Virus record (IMG/VR): IMGVR_UViG_3300014720_000016
Reading direction: 5' to 3' (one strand)
Length of the DNA stretch: 64,000 nucleotides
Origin: a virus
Below the pieces are notes generated by a model that was not told the DNA's origin, did no database searches, and saw only the letters and a program-made list of their open reading frames with translations. The stretch's first letter is position 1. Each line of letters opens with the position of its first letter. This document shows positions 48,163-57,194 of this stretch, in pieces. The translations under genes and the position numbers were made by a program.

Positions 48163-48635
48163 TCTACACGCTCTATATATACTTTTGCAGACTCGATGTC
48201 GAGTATCCAGTCGAATCGACTTAGATGCTCGAATACTGCATTGGCCGCTGTTATCTCTGCAAGAGCAGTAGTGCGACCTATCTTACGCACACGCATCATG
48301 TGCGCCAGAGCTACTTCAAACTTGCCTTGCAGCGACCAAAAGCCGATGTGGCAAACCATGTGACAGCTCTTGCACAGTGGTAAAACTTTTACCAAGCTTT
48401 GCCTGCCAGTCGTCTCGCCGCTCTCTATCGAGTAGTTCCATATCTCATGGCAATCGAGCGACTTAGGGCGTGCTCCGCAAAAGGCACAGGCATGCCCGTG
48501 CTTTGCAAATACTGACTGCCTAAAATCCCGCCAGCGGGCAGCAGACAGTACTGCGCGAAGATTTGAGTTCCATGCCGAGGCAGGAACTAGCTGTGGACCG
48601 CAGTGATCTGGAAAATCAAAGGTACTTGCGGACAT
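48159..48635 (-). CDS. HNH endonuclease-like protein
   Basis: LVP..W..NLR, CAFCG, CHEIW, LCKSCH..CH.G. Confidence 0.75.
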   Translation of the reverse strand: MSASTFDFPDHCGPQLVPASAWNSNLRAVLSAARWRDFRQSVFAKHGHACAFCGARPKSLDCHEIWNYSIESGETTGRQSLVKVLPLCKSCHMVCHIGFWSLQGKFEVALAHMMRVRKIGRTTALAEITAANAVFEHLSRFDWILDIESAKVYIERVE

Positions 48636-48942
48636 AGATGATCATAGCCTTTGCCAGAGCAATATGCTGCTGCTCGGCTTTGATCTTTACCTTCTTCTTT
48701 GTATCAGCACCGCCCAGATCAATGCTCCACATACCATCACGGAATTCTAGACGACAATCCTCACCGAGGATAGAAACAGCCTCTAGAACCTTGTCTGGAG
48801 CCAGGACTGGGCCGTTCTTTTCAACAGACTCCATGCGCTTGTGAGCTAGTACATCAAGCACATAGCGACGCTCTAGCTCCTCCTGGTCCTGCAACTTGAT
48901 AACAAATTGTTGTTCTGCGCTACTGATCATTCTTCCACCCAC
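48616..48942 (-). CDS. Hypothetical protein
   Basis: ORF in operon. Confidence 0.55.
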   Translation of the reverse strand: MGGRMISSAEQQFVIKLQDQEELERRYVLDVLAHKRMESVEKNGPVLAPDKVLEAVSILGEDCRLEFRDGMWSIDLGGADTKKKVKIKAEQQHIALAKAMIIYVRKYL

Positions 48943-48999
48943 TCGTTATTCTGATGTTTACTCTGTATTCGCCTCCGCCTTCAAAGGCGCAGGAGGCAG

Positions 49000-49407
49000 T
49001 CACTCAGACAGAAAGCTGATGAAGTCTGGCATCAGCTCTGGGCCGACTTCTTCCTCTAGGCGAGCAAAGAGCGCTGGATCAAAAAGGTATCCCATGTGGT
49101 TTGTTTGACCACAGTGTACGTTGTACTTCTGGGAGCGCGAGCTGAGGCTTACCTTAAGTACCTTCTGCGACTCATCTTTTGAAATTGCCAGGTAGTGTAC
49201 CTGATCTGGAACTGCGTCAACAAATGATTTGACATCAGCCAGTGACATTACCCGGAGGGTTGTTGGTTCAGCGTATGGATTCTGCTTATCGCGAATGACG
49301 AATGCTGCGCGAAGCTGGCCGTCCTTTACTGAGAGTTCGGCCATAACACCTGACAGAGCTTCGTTTGCTGACTTCTCACCGTGGTTCATATCTACAATCC
49401 TTTTCAT
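49000..49407 (-). CDS. Hypothetical protein
   Basis: Downstream of motif copy 2. Confidence 0.6.
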   Translation of the reverse strand: MKRIVDMNHGEKSANEALSGVMAELSVKDGQLRAAFVIRDKQNPYAEPTTLRVMSLADVKSFVDAVPDQVHYLAISKDESQKVLKVSLSSRSQKYNVHCGQTNHMGYLFDPALFARLEEEVGPELMPDFISFLSE

Positions 49408-49442
49408 TCAGTCGTGGTTTGCTGCGGGCTTACGCCTCCACC

Positions 49443-49480
49443 GGATCGGCGGGGGCCGGCCTTAGCCCCGGCCCGTTCTG
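49443..49480 (-). promoter_or_regulatory. Repeated 38-nt hairpin motif, copy 2
   Basis: CAGAA-CGGGCCGGGG-CTAAG-GCCGGCCCCCG-CCGATCC. Confidence 0.75.
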
Positions 49481-49720
49481 CTACTCTTCCTCTTCGCAGG
49501 TGCCACCGTCAATTGACGGTATCCAACGCCACCACTGAGTTTTATTACGAATGTCTACTTGCATGCCCATGCTGCCGCCGCCATCGAAAAGCTCTACGAC
49601 TTCTCCATCTATATGGCCGCAATCGGTGCGGAATATTTCGTTAACTCTTGGGCACTTTATTCTAATGCGCCTGCCTACTTGCAGTTCGGAGGGATCGATA
49701 GGACGCAGTGTTTTTCGCAT
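49481..49720 (-). CDS. Hypothetical protein
   Basis: GAGG RBS; preceded by GATTAATA-N4-GCTATTT. Confidence 0.6.
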   Translation of the reverse strand: MRKTLRPIDPSELQVGRRIRIKCPRVNEIFRTDCGHIDGEVVELFDGGGSMGMQVDIRNKTQWWRWIPSIDGGTCEEEE

Positions 49721-49762
49721 TAGAGCCTCTAAAAAATAGCCAAATATTAATCGAGCGCCGCT

Positions 49763-50092
49763 TTATTTCTTGGTGAACGTAAACGCAGAACCCTTCTGGG
49801 AAAAGCCCCAGTCACGGAATTTAAGGGCCTGTTCGCCACCGCGGGTGTGGGCAATGATCCTACATCCTTTGAAAGAGAACTTGAACATATCTTCCTTCAA
49901 CCAGGCAGGACGAACAAGCTCGGGCGCTAGGCGCAGCGCAATAAGATCGTCCTTCGTGCGCACTTCGATCAGGATACGATTCTCTTTGGCGTACTCGACA
50001 ATCTCGTTAATATTCTCATGAACAGGGAAGTCTTTAAGAGCAGATACAATCGTCTCGGTGTCCTTGTCCATGAACCAATCTACAATCTTCAT
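49763..50092 (-). CDS. Hypothetical protein (start MKIVDWF)
   Basis: AGGA RBS. Confidence 0.55.
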   Translation of the reverse strand: MKIVDWFMDKDTETIVSALKDFPVHENINEIVEYAKENRILIEVRTKDDLIALRLAPELVRPAWLKEDMFKFSFKGCRIIAHTRGGEQALKFRDWGFSQKGSAFTFTKK

Positions 50093-50126
50093 CGTCCTAC
50101 CTATCCTAAAGTATTTTGAATGCCTG

Positions 50127-51590
50127 TCACTGAGCCGGAGCCCAAATAGTCTTGCGCTCAAGAAGATCTGGATATTCCGACTTTACCCAGCTCATAAAGC
50201 TTTTGATTTGCTTAGAAATAAAAATATCGACATTATTCAGATCGCTTACTGTTGTAGCCTTCTCTGCTTCCATGCCCGTTATCCGGGCTCGCACCGCATC
50301 AGCTGACGTCTTCTTAAGCGCCTCTACCCGCATATCGCAGATGATGCTTGCCTCGTAATCATCAAGACCGGCCAGGGCTTTTAGGTTGGCGTGGAAATCG
50401 CCTTCAGCCTTAAGCGCGGCAAATACCGCATCTAGATTGTCGCAAGCCTTTAGCTTGGCCCGCTCCCTCTTTAGTGCTTCATCCTGCTGCTTAATACTGG
50501 CGGTAAGAGTCGCGCAAACAATCCGACGACGGATGGCTACCCAGTCTCGGATTACGTCCGGTACGCCTACTGCCCGAGGAACGAGCGACTCCCCTTCCTC
50601 GTAAAGGCAGTTCATGCGGTAGCTAACCTTTTTGCGTAGAAGTTTGCGGATTTTTTCGTAAGCCGAGTCGTCCTTGTATTCAATGACGATCCGATCACCA
50701 TTCGCGCCAGAAGTCTCATTACGAGTGGCTTCGATTACTCCTTCATCCTGTAACTCTGCGCATTTGCTTAGGAAGCCTGATACGCTAAACTCTGGAGCAT
50801 AGCCAGTTACCAGCAGCAGCTTGCGATCACCCTTCTTCTCAAGGCGATGTGCACATTCATAAGTAAGCTGGCCGATGCCGGTTTTCAGCAGGGCTTCTAC
50901 ATCACTCTTGGAGCTAAGTAGATTGCAGCCGAAGCCGTCTGGCGCCCGAATATGCTTAGTAGCCTTGCCCTCATCTCCTTTTGCTAGATAATCAAGAACT
51001 GCTGCGGCAACCTCTAGGATATTAAATCCCGGAAACTTGCTGGTAATCGCCATGGCAATACCGGTGCTTGAGTTGAGCAGGAGCATCGGCAGCACGCTCG
51101 GCAGGTAACGCGGCTGATCCTTTGTATCGTCGTAATTCTTCTCGTATGGAACGCTTGCAAGATCCGGCAGATCGGTGATCATGCGTCGAGCCAGAGGATG
51201 TACCCGGCTCTCAGTATAACGAGCACTGGCCGCCTCTGTAGTTGCTCCGCCAAAGTTGCCCTGACCCTCGATAAGAGGGTGGCGCTCGTTGACCATGCCC
51301 ACTAGGGAGCCGTAGGCGGCAACCTCGCCGTGTGGTGAGTAGGAGGCGATACAGTGACCGGTAATCTTCGCGGACTTAATAAACTTCGCAGTATTCAGGT
51401 CAATGCAGCTCCAGAGCAGCAGGCGCTGGATTGGCTTTAGACCATCCTCTAGCCGGGGCAGAGCGCGGTTTTGGATTACCTCGTCGCCATAGTGCTTCAT
51501 GGCGCGCTTGACGAAGTCAACCGCTGATTGTCCCACTACCACCGACTGACTAGGGGCGGCTGCACGTTGTTCTTTTTTCTTTGTAGCCAT
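50127..51590 (-). CDS. Type IIA DNA topoisomerase subunit A (GyrA/ParC-like, no CTD)
   Basis: RALP..EDGLKP.QR, KSA, YSPHG, GQGNFG, ASARYTE, NYD, P.LLLN...GIA. Confidence 0.93.
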   Translation of the reverse strand: MATKKKEQRAAAPSQSVVVGQSAVDFVKRAMKHYGDEVIQNRALPRLEDGLKPIQRLLLWSCIDLNTAKFIKSAKITGHCIASYSPHGEVAAYGSLVGMVNERHPLIEGQGNFGGATTEAASARYTESRVHPLARRMITDLPDLASVPYEKNYDDTKDQPRYLPSVLPMLLLNSSTGIAMAITSKFPGFNILEVAAAVLDYLAKGDEGKATKHIRAPDGFGCNLLSSKSDVEALLKTGIGQLTYECAHRLEKKGDRKLLLVTGYAPEFSVSGFLSKCAELQDEGVIEATRNETSGANGDRIVIEYKDDSAYEKIRKLLRKKVSYRMNCLYEEGESLVPRAVGVPDVIRDWVAIRRRIVCATLTASIKQQDEALKRERAKLKACDNLDAVFAALKAEGDFHANLKALAGLDDYEASIICDMRVEALKKTSADAVRARITGMEAEKATTVSDLNNVDIFISKQIKSFMSWVKSEYPDLLERKTIWAPAQ

Positions 51591-51592
51591 TT

Positions 51593-53437
51593 TCAGATCC
51601 CCAGCAGTTCTTTGCGGCCCGCAATATCATCGCCCATGATTCTAAGGATTTCTTCTACGTCGGTCTTGCTCCAGTTCAGCTGGATAAGGCGGCGAGTGCT
51701 GCTCATTGCGTATTCTCCAACTTCATCAGGATTAGCTTCGCCGTGGCCCTTTAGTCTTGTCACGTCGCATTTGCTGAAGTGTTTGCCGGCCTTTGCCCGC
51801 ACATCGTCCATTGTATGTCCAAACCAGCGTTGCCGCGTACCTGGCAGCGAAGCCTTGAAAAGTGGCGCGTCTACGGAGTAGATCATTCCACGCTCAAGCA
51901 GTCCTGGCATATACTTGGCAAATAGTCCGATGATCAGACTACTGATATGATGACCGTCGTGATCAGAGTCAGATAGGATTATGAGCTTGCCTATGCGCAC
52001 ATCCCCGATATTAAACTTAGAGCCAAAGCCACCGCCTACGGATGCAACAATTGCGGCGATCTCGTCATTGGCGATTGCATCAGCCTCGGAAGCCTTGAAG
52101 ACGTTAAGGATCTTGCCCTTTAGGGGCAGGATTTCCTGGTAAGATGCGTCCCTGCCCTTAACGGCAGAACCGGCTGCGCTGTCGCCCTCCACTAAATAAA
52201 GCTCGCGGAGATATGGCTTGCAGTCCGCCTCGAATAACTTGTCAGGCAAAATGCCGCGGCTAGAACGCTTAGTGGTCTTAAGATCTTTGAGTGCGGCCTT
52301 TAGATCTTTCTGAGCCTGACGCTGCTCGTATGCGGTGACTGCATTAGCCAGAAAAGCATCAACAGTTGCGGCATTTTTCCGCGCCCAGCTCTTAAGCTGT
52401 GGGACCGCTGCATCAGCAATGCTCTTGCCCAGTCCCTTGTTAATCAGCTTCTCTTTTGTCTGTGAGGAAAACTGTGGGTTCGGGTGGGAGATGTGCAGGG
52501 CGTACTGCAAGTTTTCAGTGATTTCTTTGGCCGAGCACTTGTTTTTGCAGCGTTCGAGCAGGAAGTCTACTAGCGCGCTTTCCCAGCCCGATGCATGTTG
52601 ACCGCCATCGGCTGTACGACTAAGATTGACCAGAGAAACCGAACGACCTTCGTTGGCCCATTTCCAAGCCACTGAAACGCTTGCAGTCTTCTTTTCCCCG
52701 CCTACATCGACCTCTACATCAAAGGCAGTAGAGTAAGCGCTTTCGTCGCCAAGGATGCCGGCCACGCCCTTGCAAGGAAAATCTTCGAGCGTACCACCGT
52801 GCGATAGCGAGATCTTTGTTTTGGGCAACAGGTGTGCCGCATCAGTCAGGCGACCACGAACTTCAGCGAGATTAAAACCAGATACGTCCTTGAATACCTC
52901 TCGATAATCAGGGGTAAAGCGAACAAGCGTGCCGTGCTTTATTTTTGTCGGATTATCGCCTATTTTTGCATCACGGCCCAGCATCTTGCCGCGAGAGAAC
53001 TCTACCGATGCCATTTTTCGACCACGGTATGATTCTGCATAAAAGCTCTCAGACAGAGCGTTTGTGGCAGTAGAGCCTACACCGTGTGTGCCTACCGATG
53101 TACCATAGGTGTCGTTATCAAACTTGCCGCCCGACTTGGCTGTGCCAAATACGGTAGCAAGGGTGCTCAGGCCGGTCTTGGGATGCTTCTCGTGTGGGAT
53201 TCCGCGACCGTTATCAAACACCTCTGCGCTGCGGCAGTCATCAGAGATCTTTACTGAAATGCGATCAGCATGGCCACCTATGGCCTCATCGATGCCATTG
53301 TCGATGATTTCCTTTAAGATGATGAAATGCCCGGTGGCATTCGCACCCCCTACGTACAGGCCTGGCCGCAGTCGGATGTGTGCGATATCATCTAGGACCT
53401 GAATGGAATTTGAGTTGTACTCTTTGCTTTTAGCCAT
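51593..53437 (-). CDS. Type IIA DNA topoisomerase subunit B (GyrB/ParE-like)
   Basis: EIIDNGIDE, DNGRGIP, GGKFD, HGVG, VEGDSA, PLKGKILN, DSDHDG.HI, RLKGHGE; start MAKSKEY. Confidence 0.95.
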   Translation of the reverse strand: MAKSKEYNSNSIQVLDDIAHIRLRPGLYVGGANATGHFIILKEIIDNGIDEAIGGHADRISVKISDDCRSAEVFDNGRGIPHEKHPKTGLSTLATVFGTAKSGGKFDNDTYGTSVGTHGVGSTATNALSESFYAESYRGRKMASVEFSRGKMLGRDAKIGDNPTKIKHGTLVRFTPDYREVFKDVSGFNLAEVRGRLTDAAHLLPKTKISLSHGGTLEDFPCKGVAGILGDESAYSTAFDVEVDVGGEKKTASVSVAWKWANEGRSVSLVNLSRTADGGQHASGWESALVDFLLERCKNKCSAKEITENLQYALHISHPNPQFSSQTKEKLINKGLGKSIADAAVPQLKSWARKNAATVDAFLANAVTAYEQRQAQKDLKAALKDLKTTKRSSRGILPDKLFEADCKPYLRELYLVEGDSAAGSAVKGRDASYQEILPLKGKILNVFKASEADAIANDEIAAIVASVGGGFGSKFNIGDVRIGKLIILSDSDHDGHHISSLIIGLFAKYMPGLLERGMIYSVDAPLFKASLPGTRQRWFGHTMDDVRAKAGKHFSKCDVTRLKGHGEANPDEVGEYAMSSTRRLIQLNWSKTDVEEILRIMGDDIAGRKELLGI

Positions 53438-53520
53438 TTTTGTTGTGCTCCGCATTGCTGTGTGCACAGGCTTTACACCGGGCAGCATTTAAGCCAGACG
53501 ACAGTGCAGATAATCCAGGC

Positions 53521-53976
53521 ATGAAAATAGAGAAGGTTGTGAAGCTTAGCAATCTTGGCATCCGTTTGAATATTGCTTGTGCGGGCCAGGGGGCTGCATT
53601 TATAACCAAGTTTCGCAACTACAGCTACTGGATGGACGGGGATAAGCCAGTCGATGGCAGCAAGATCATGGTGCTGGAAATCTGGGTTAACAACCGCCGG
53701 ATCATCCGCTGCCTCCAAAACGCCAACAGCCGACTGCTTTTCTGCGAAGTTGCCAGCTGGCCCAATGGCAATAAACAACAGATCACAATGGCTGATTTTT
53801 GTAGCGAAGGGGAAATGCTACCCACTGGGACTGTGTTGGAAGTTTACGAGTTCGTACTGCGCCTTTTTGAAGCACAGGCAGCTGCTCTCAAACGTCCGGG
53901 GCGTATACTTAATATAATCAAGAAGATACGCAGTTACGAAAGCCCACTATTTGCCGGCAGCCTTGATCAGTTCTAG
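53521..53976 (+). CDS. Hypothetical protein
   Basis: Start MKIEKVV; fills the gap between minus-strand genes. Confidence 0.45.
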   Translation: MKIEKVVKLSNLGIRLNIACAGQGAAFITKFRNYSYWMDGDKPVDGSKIMVLEIWVNNRRIIRCLQNANSRLLFCEVASWPNGNKQQITMADFCSEGEMLPTGTVLEVYEFVLRLFEAQAAALKRPGRILNIIKKIRSYESPLFAGSLDQF

Positions 53977-54342
53977 CCTACCGTCATCTAACCGTAGCGG
54001 TACCTCTATGCCAGAATTAACTGTTCCTTCGTAGTTCGAGGCCCAGTAAAACGCCGGAAAAGACAGGGTAACTTTCGCCAAGTCTGGGTTATCGCCGTTG
54101 CTAAAAAAAGAGAAAAATACTACCCAGGTAGATGGCTCTGACTTGATGAAGTTGGGAGTGACTATTGTGCCATCTTTATCTACCCCGATGGCGATCCTGC
54201 CGCCCTCTCCGGGCTCAGCCACTCCCCACCTATTCATCTGAGCACCGCTTACTGCCGCGTACAGCTCATCTGCGTGTTCTGGGGCAGTAAATGTGTCGAT
54301 AAATAGCTTAAGATCCCTGAACAGCAGGTCTGCCAGCTTCAT
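53947..54342 (-). CDS. Hypothetical protein (MKL group)
   Basis: MKLADLLFR; ATGA coupling. Confidence 0.6.
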   Translation of the reverse strand: MKLADLLFRDLKLFIDTFTAPEHADELYAAVSGAQMNRWGVAEPGEGGRIAIGVDKDGTIVTPNFIKSEPSTWVVFFSFFSNGDNPDLAKVTLSFPAFYWASNYEGTVNSGIEVPLRLDDGRLELIKAAGK

Positions 54343-55268
54343 ATACGAATACCTAGCTTATCAAGATGGGGGATAAATCCGAGATTTTTGCCTTTGCATT
54401 CCATTTCGATGTCGCACTTTCCAGCGGCATAATAAGCCTTCTGGTAATCGGGGATCGTATGGATCGCCCAACTATGTGCTCGGCGCTCGGTAAAGTTGCC
54501 GCCTTCAAGGCCTGGCTCTGTGTTGCTAAGATGTTGTAGCGGAAGTATGCCAGCCGGCCAGGTAGAGGCCGCTGCAAGCATTGCCTCCTCGCCACTCATA
54601 CCGCCGTCATTGAATACATGATGATGAGAATCAAAAAGGATGGGTACCCCAGATGCTGCGCTAATTGGCATCAGGTCTGCTACTGACCAGCAGTTCTCAT
54701 CATTTTCGAGGGTCAAGCGTGATCGCACATTGTGTGGCAGAGCGTCAATGCCACGAAGTAGGCGATCTGGAGAGCCGCGTTTGCCGCCGTGAATATTTAT
54801 TGCAAAATTGGTACTAAGGGCAGCGCCAAGATTGTCCATAACCATGGCGTGATAAGTCAGTTCCCTGATAGAATTTTGTACTACGGTATCAGAATCGGAA
54901 TTAAGCACTACAAACTGGCCGGGATGCATAGTTAGGCGCAGGCCTGCGAAAGCAGATTGGGCTGATTGCAGAGCGGTGATTGCTTCGCCTACCAGTTCAC
55001 TGTAGCGCGCATCTTCTGCAACCTTATCGAACAGGGGCAGGAGCGTGCTGCCTACTCGAAACAGCCCCACTCCTGAATCCCGCAAGTCGCGCGTAATTGC
55101 AGAAATGCCAGCGATATTACCAAGCCAAACACTGCGAATATGCTCGGCGCTATACTCTCCGGCCTGGAATCGCCCTAGCTGCAAAGCTCGCTCGCCAATT
55201 TTGTTAACGAACTTTGAGCCAGTTTTAGTCTTCTTTTCTTCAAGCCACTGACAGCATACTCCGAGCAT
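54339..55268 (-). CDS. uvsE: UV damage endonuclease
   Basis: FR.GS.LLP, RLTMHPGQFVVLNS, EL.YH, NIHGG, RLTLENDE, FDSHHH, QHLS, RAHS, EMECK.K. Confidence 0.93.
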   Translation of the reverse strand: MLGVCCQWLEEKKTKTGSKFVNKIGERALQLGRFQAGEYSAEHIRSVWLGNIAGISAITRDLRDSGVGLFRVGSTLLPLFDKVAEDARYSELVGEAITALQSAQSAFAGLRLTMHPGQFVVLNSDSDTVVQNSIRELTYHAMVMDNLGAALSTNFAINIHGGKRGSPDRLLRGIDALPHNVRSRLTLENDENCWSVADLMPISAASGVPILFDSHHHVFNDGGMSGEEAMLAAASTWPAGILPLQHLSNTEPGLEGGNFTERRAHSWAIHTIPDYQKAYYAAGKCDIEMECKGKNLGFIPHLDKLGIRI

Positions 55269-55277
55269 TCTTGCCTT

Positions 55278-55577
55278 TCATGCGACTTCAATACGGTATT
55301 TTGACCGCGAAGTTTCGCTTAGCTTAAGTACCAGCACGCCATTTTCTACCTTGGCAGAAACTTCGGGGTTGCCAAGGCGGTGCGTAAAGCGCCACTTGCG
55401 CTTGCTTAGAAATGGGAACTTCCTATTTGCCGTCACCCGAATATCCAGGGATGCTGGACCGGCCTCTATTTCTAGATCTTCTTTTGTGACACCCGGCAGC
55501 GGGATGCTTATAACAGTGGTGCCGTCGATGTTTTCTACGAGATAGTTGTTGTCAAAACCAGAAACAAAGTCAAACAT
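55278..55577 (-). CDS. Small heat-shock protein (Hsp20, alpha-crystallin domain)
   Basis: LPGVTKEDLEI, SAKVENGVLVL. Confidence 0.85.
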   Translation of the reverse strand: MFDFVSGFDNNYLVENIDGTTVISIPLPGVTKEDLEIEAGPASLDIRVTANRKFPFLSKRKWRFTHRLGNPEVSAKVENGVLVLKLSETSRSKYRIEVA

Positions 55578-55578
55578 A

Positions 55579-55640
55579 AATCCTCCTAGTGCAGCTGCCT
55601 GCTGCTAGGAGGATTATATTCCCGAGTTTTTATCGGTAAA
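55579..55640 (-). promoter_or_regulatory. SD-sequestering hairpin of hsp20, overlapped by a sigma70-like promoter
   Basis: AATCCTCCTAG/CTAGGAGGATT 11-bp inverted repeat; TTTACC-16 nt-TATAAT. Confidence 0.65.
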
Positions 55641-55670
55641 GGAGCCCTGTAAAAAAAACTACAGGGCTCC
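55641..55670 (-). terminator. Hairpin with a short U tract (possibly leaky terminator)
   Basis: GGAGCCCTGTA...TACAGGGCTCC followed by TTT. Confidence 0.6.
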
Positions 55671-55677
55671 GCCGGCC

Positions 55678-55911
55678 TCACTCAGCGACGCCAGCATCAG
55701 TCCCGGCAGCAGTCTCGCCCTCGCCTTCACCGGCAGTCCCAGCAGCAGCCTCGGCAGCAGGCTCAGTAGCAGGAGCGTCGCCAGCGACATCCTCCTCTAC
55801 AACTACGGGATCAGAGCCAAGATCCTGCACAACGTTAAAGAGAGTAACGCCGACGACAGCTGCAACAACGACACCGGCAGCAACAAGAAGATTCTTTTTA
55901 GACAGTTCCAT
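55678..55911 (-). CDS. Small membrane-anchored acidic protein
   Basis: KK followed by LLVAAGVVVAAVVGVTLF. Confidence 0.65.
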   Translation of the reverse strand: MELSKKNLLVAAGVVVAAVVGVTLFNVVQDLGSDPVVVEEDVAGDAPATEPAAEAAAGTAGEGEGETAAGTDAGVAE

Positions 55912-55941
55912 GCTTATTTCCTTTCAAATGGGCTAATGCCC

Positions 55942-56301
55942 TCAATCACCAAAAACAACCGCAGCCGGTGATGCCTGAGCGGCCTCATCATCATTGGCAG
56001 GCGGCGGTACAGTTGTTACAACTACCGGAGCAGCAGTAACTGAACGAGTGCGGGCTGATGCACGAGCAGCTCGCAGAGTATTGCGCCGATCCTCGTAGGC
56101 CGCGATAGCAGCAAGGAATTCTGCGCGGTCAAAAAGACGGGGCGGCTTGCCAACCCGACCAGTACGCACATGGCCAGCTGATACAAGACCAGCGTCCTTA
56201 AGAGCCTTGTTCACAAGGAGAACTGGCTTGCCGGTAAGGGCAACGATGTCCTCTACGGTAGCAAGCTTGTCACGATCATAGTTACCATCAAACTGTGTCA
56301 T
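55942..56301 (-). CDS. Hypothetical protein; possible DNA-binding
   Basis: TVEDIVALTGK...RTGRVGKPPRLF. Confidence 0.6.
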   Translation of the reverse strand: MTQFDGNYDRDKLATVEDIVALTGKPVLLVNKALKDAGLVSAGHVRTGRVGKPPRLFDRAEFLAAIAAYEDRRNTLRAARASARTRSVTAAPVVVTTVPPPANDDEAAQASPAAVVFGD

Positions 56302-56335
56302 ATCTCGGTCTTTCTGCCATTAAGGCATGAACATT

Positions 56336-56632
56336 TTATGAATGCCAAGAAGCAGTGATTTTCTTGGATCCAGTATCTGTGATAATCATAACGTCAAACA
56401 GCTCGAGCTTAATTGCCTCGGCAATGCGCTGGAGTTGCTCAACGGTGCAGCTGCCAAATGACCAATCGATCTCCCAAAGGCCTTCTTTAGCTGCTTCATA
56501 AACCAGGGCTACGAACTGGCTGACATGAATACCAAGCTCAGGAAACTCTTCCTCTGTGGCAGCCTGATGCCTTCCAGCGACTGCTGCTTGGGCAGCATCT
56601 CTCAATTCTCGTAATACAGACTTGTTTTGCAA
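56336..56632 (-). CDS. Hypothetical protein
   Basis: ORF in operon. Confidence 0.5.
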   Translation of the reverse strand: MQNKSVLRELRDAAQAAVAGRHQAATEEEFPELGIHVSQFVALVYEAAKEGLWEIDWSFGSCTVEQLQRIAEAIKLELFDVMIITDTGSKKITASWHS

Positions 56633-56634
56633 AG

Positions 56635-56877
56635 CTATACTTCCTGGTTTATAATTGCTTCCATTACTGTTTCAGGTACTAGGTCAATCAATTCATCTTC
56701 TTCATCCTTTGAAAAGTTGTTGTAGCGGCACAGGAACCTCGCTCGATGAGGCGGCTGCGCATAGAACAGGAATACGGCTCCGTCGGGGTAAACCACCGTA
56801 TATGGATCAGCGACGTCTGAGTCCGTGCTCTGGTATACAATAAAGCGCTGCGGGATAGAAATCCACTTTTCTTCCAA
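56635..56877 (-). CDS. Hypothetical protein
   Basis: GGAGG RBS, TTG start. Confidence 0.55.
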   Translation of the reverse strand: MEEKWISIPQRFIVYQSTDSDVADPYTVVYPDGAVFLFYAQPPHRARFLCRYNNFSKDEEDELIDLVPETVMEAIINQEV

Positions 56878-56889
56878 GACATCCTCCTG

Positions 56890-57138
56890 TTACTTTACCT
56901 GTATTTCGGCAAGAAGGCCTTCTGGCCAAAAAGCAAAACGCACCTCAAAGCCTGCGGCTTGTAGTTGCGCTTGAGTATTTCTTTTGCTCAGAGCATCCTC
57001 AAACCGGATGTAGCAATAACTGCCGCCATCACTACGGGTTTCCCAAGTTACCCTCGGGTGTGATGCCATCGAGCAATATCCCGGAATTAGATTGTCTTCT
57101 ATCCAGTTGCGAAGCGAGCGTTTCGTTCGCATCGTCAC
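56890..57138 (-). CDS. Hypothetical protein
   Basis: Downstream of motif copy 3. Confidence 0.55.
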   Translation of the reverse strand: MTMRTKRSLRNWIEDNLIPGYCSMASHPRVTWETRSDGGSYCYIRFEDALSKRNTQAQLQAAGFEVRFAFWPEGLLAEIQVK

Positions 57139-57154
57139 CTCGTCGCTTTCCTCA

Positions 57155-57192
57155 GGATCGGCGGGGGCCGGCTTTAGGCCCGACCCGTCCTG
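57155..57192 (-). promoter_or_regulatory. Repeated 38-nt hairpin motif, copy 3
   Basis: CAGGA-CGGGTCGGGC-CTAAA-GCCGGCCCCCG-CCGATCC. Confidence 0.75.
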
Positions 57193-57194
57193 AC

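Noticed and set aside
48969-48999. Bulged hairpin GCCTC-ctg-CGCCT-ttga-AGGCG-GAGGC (minus strand)
   Set aside because: Single copy with no U tract or SD overlap; no function can be supported.
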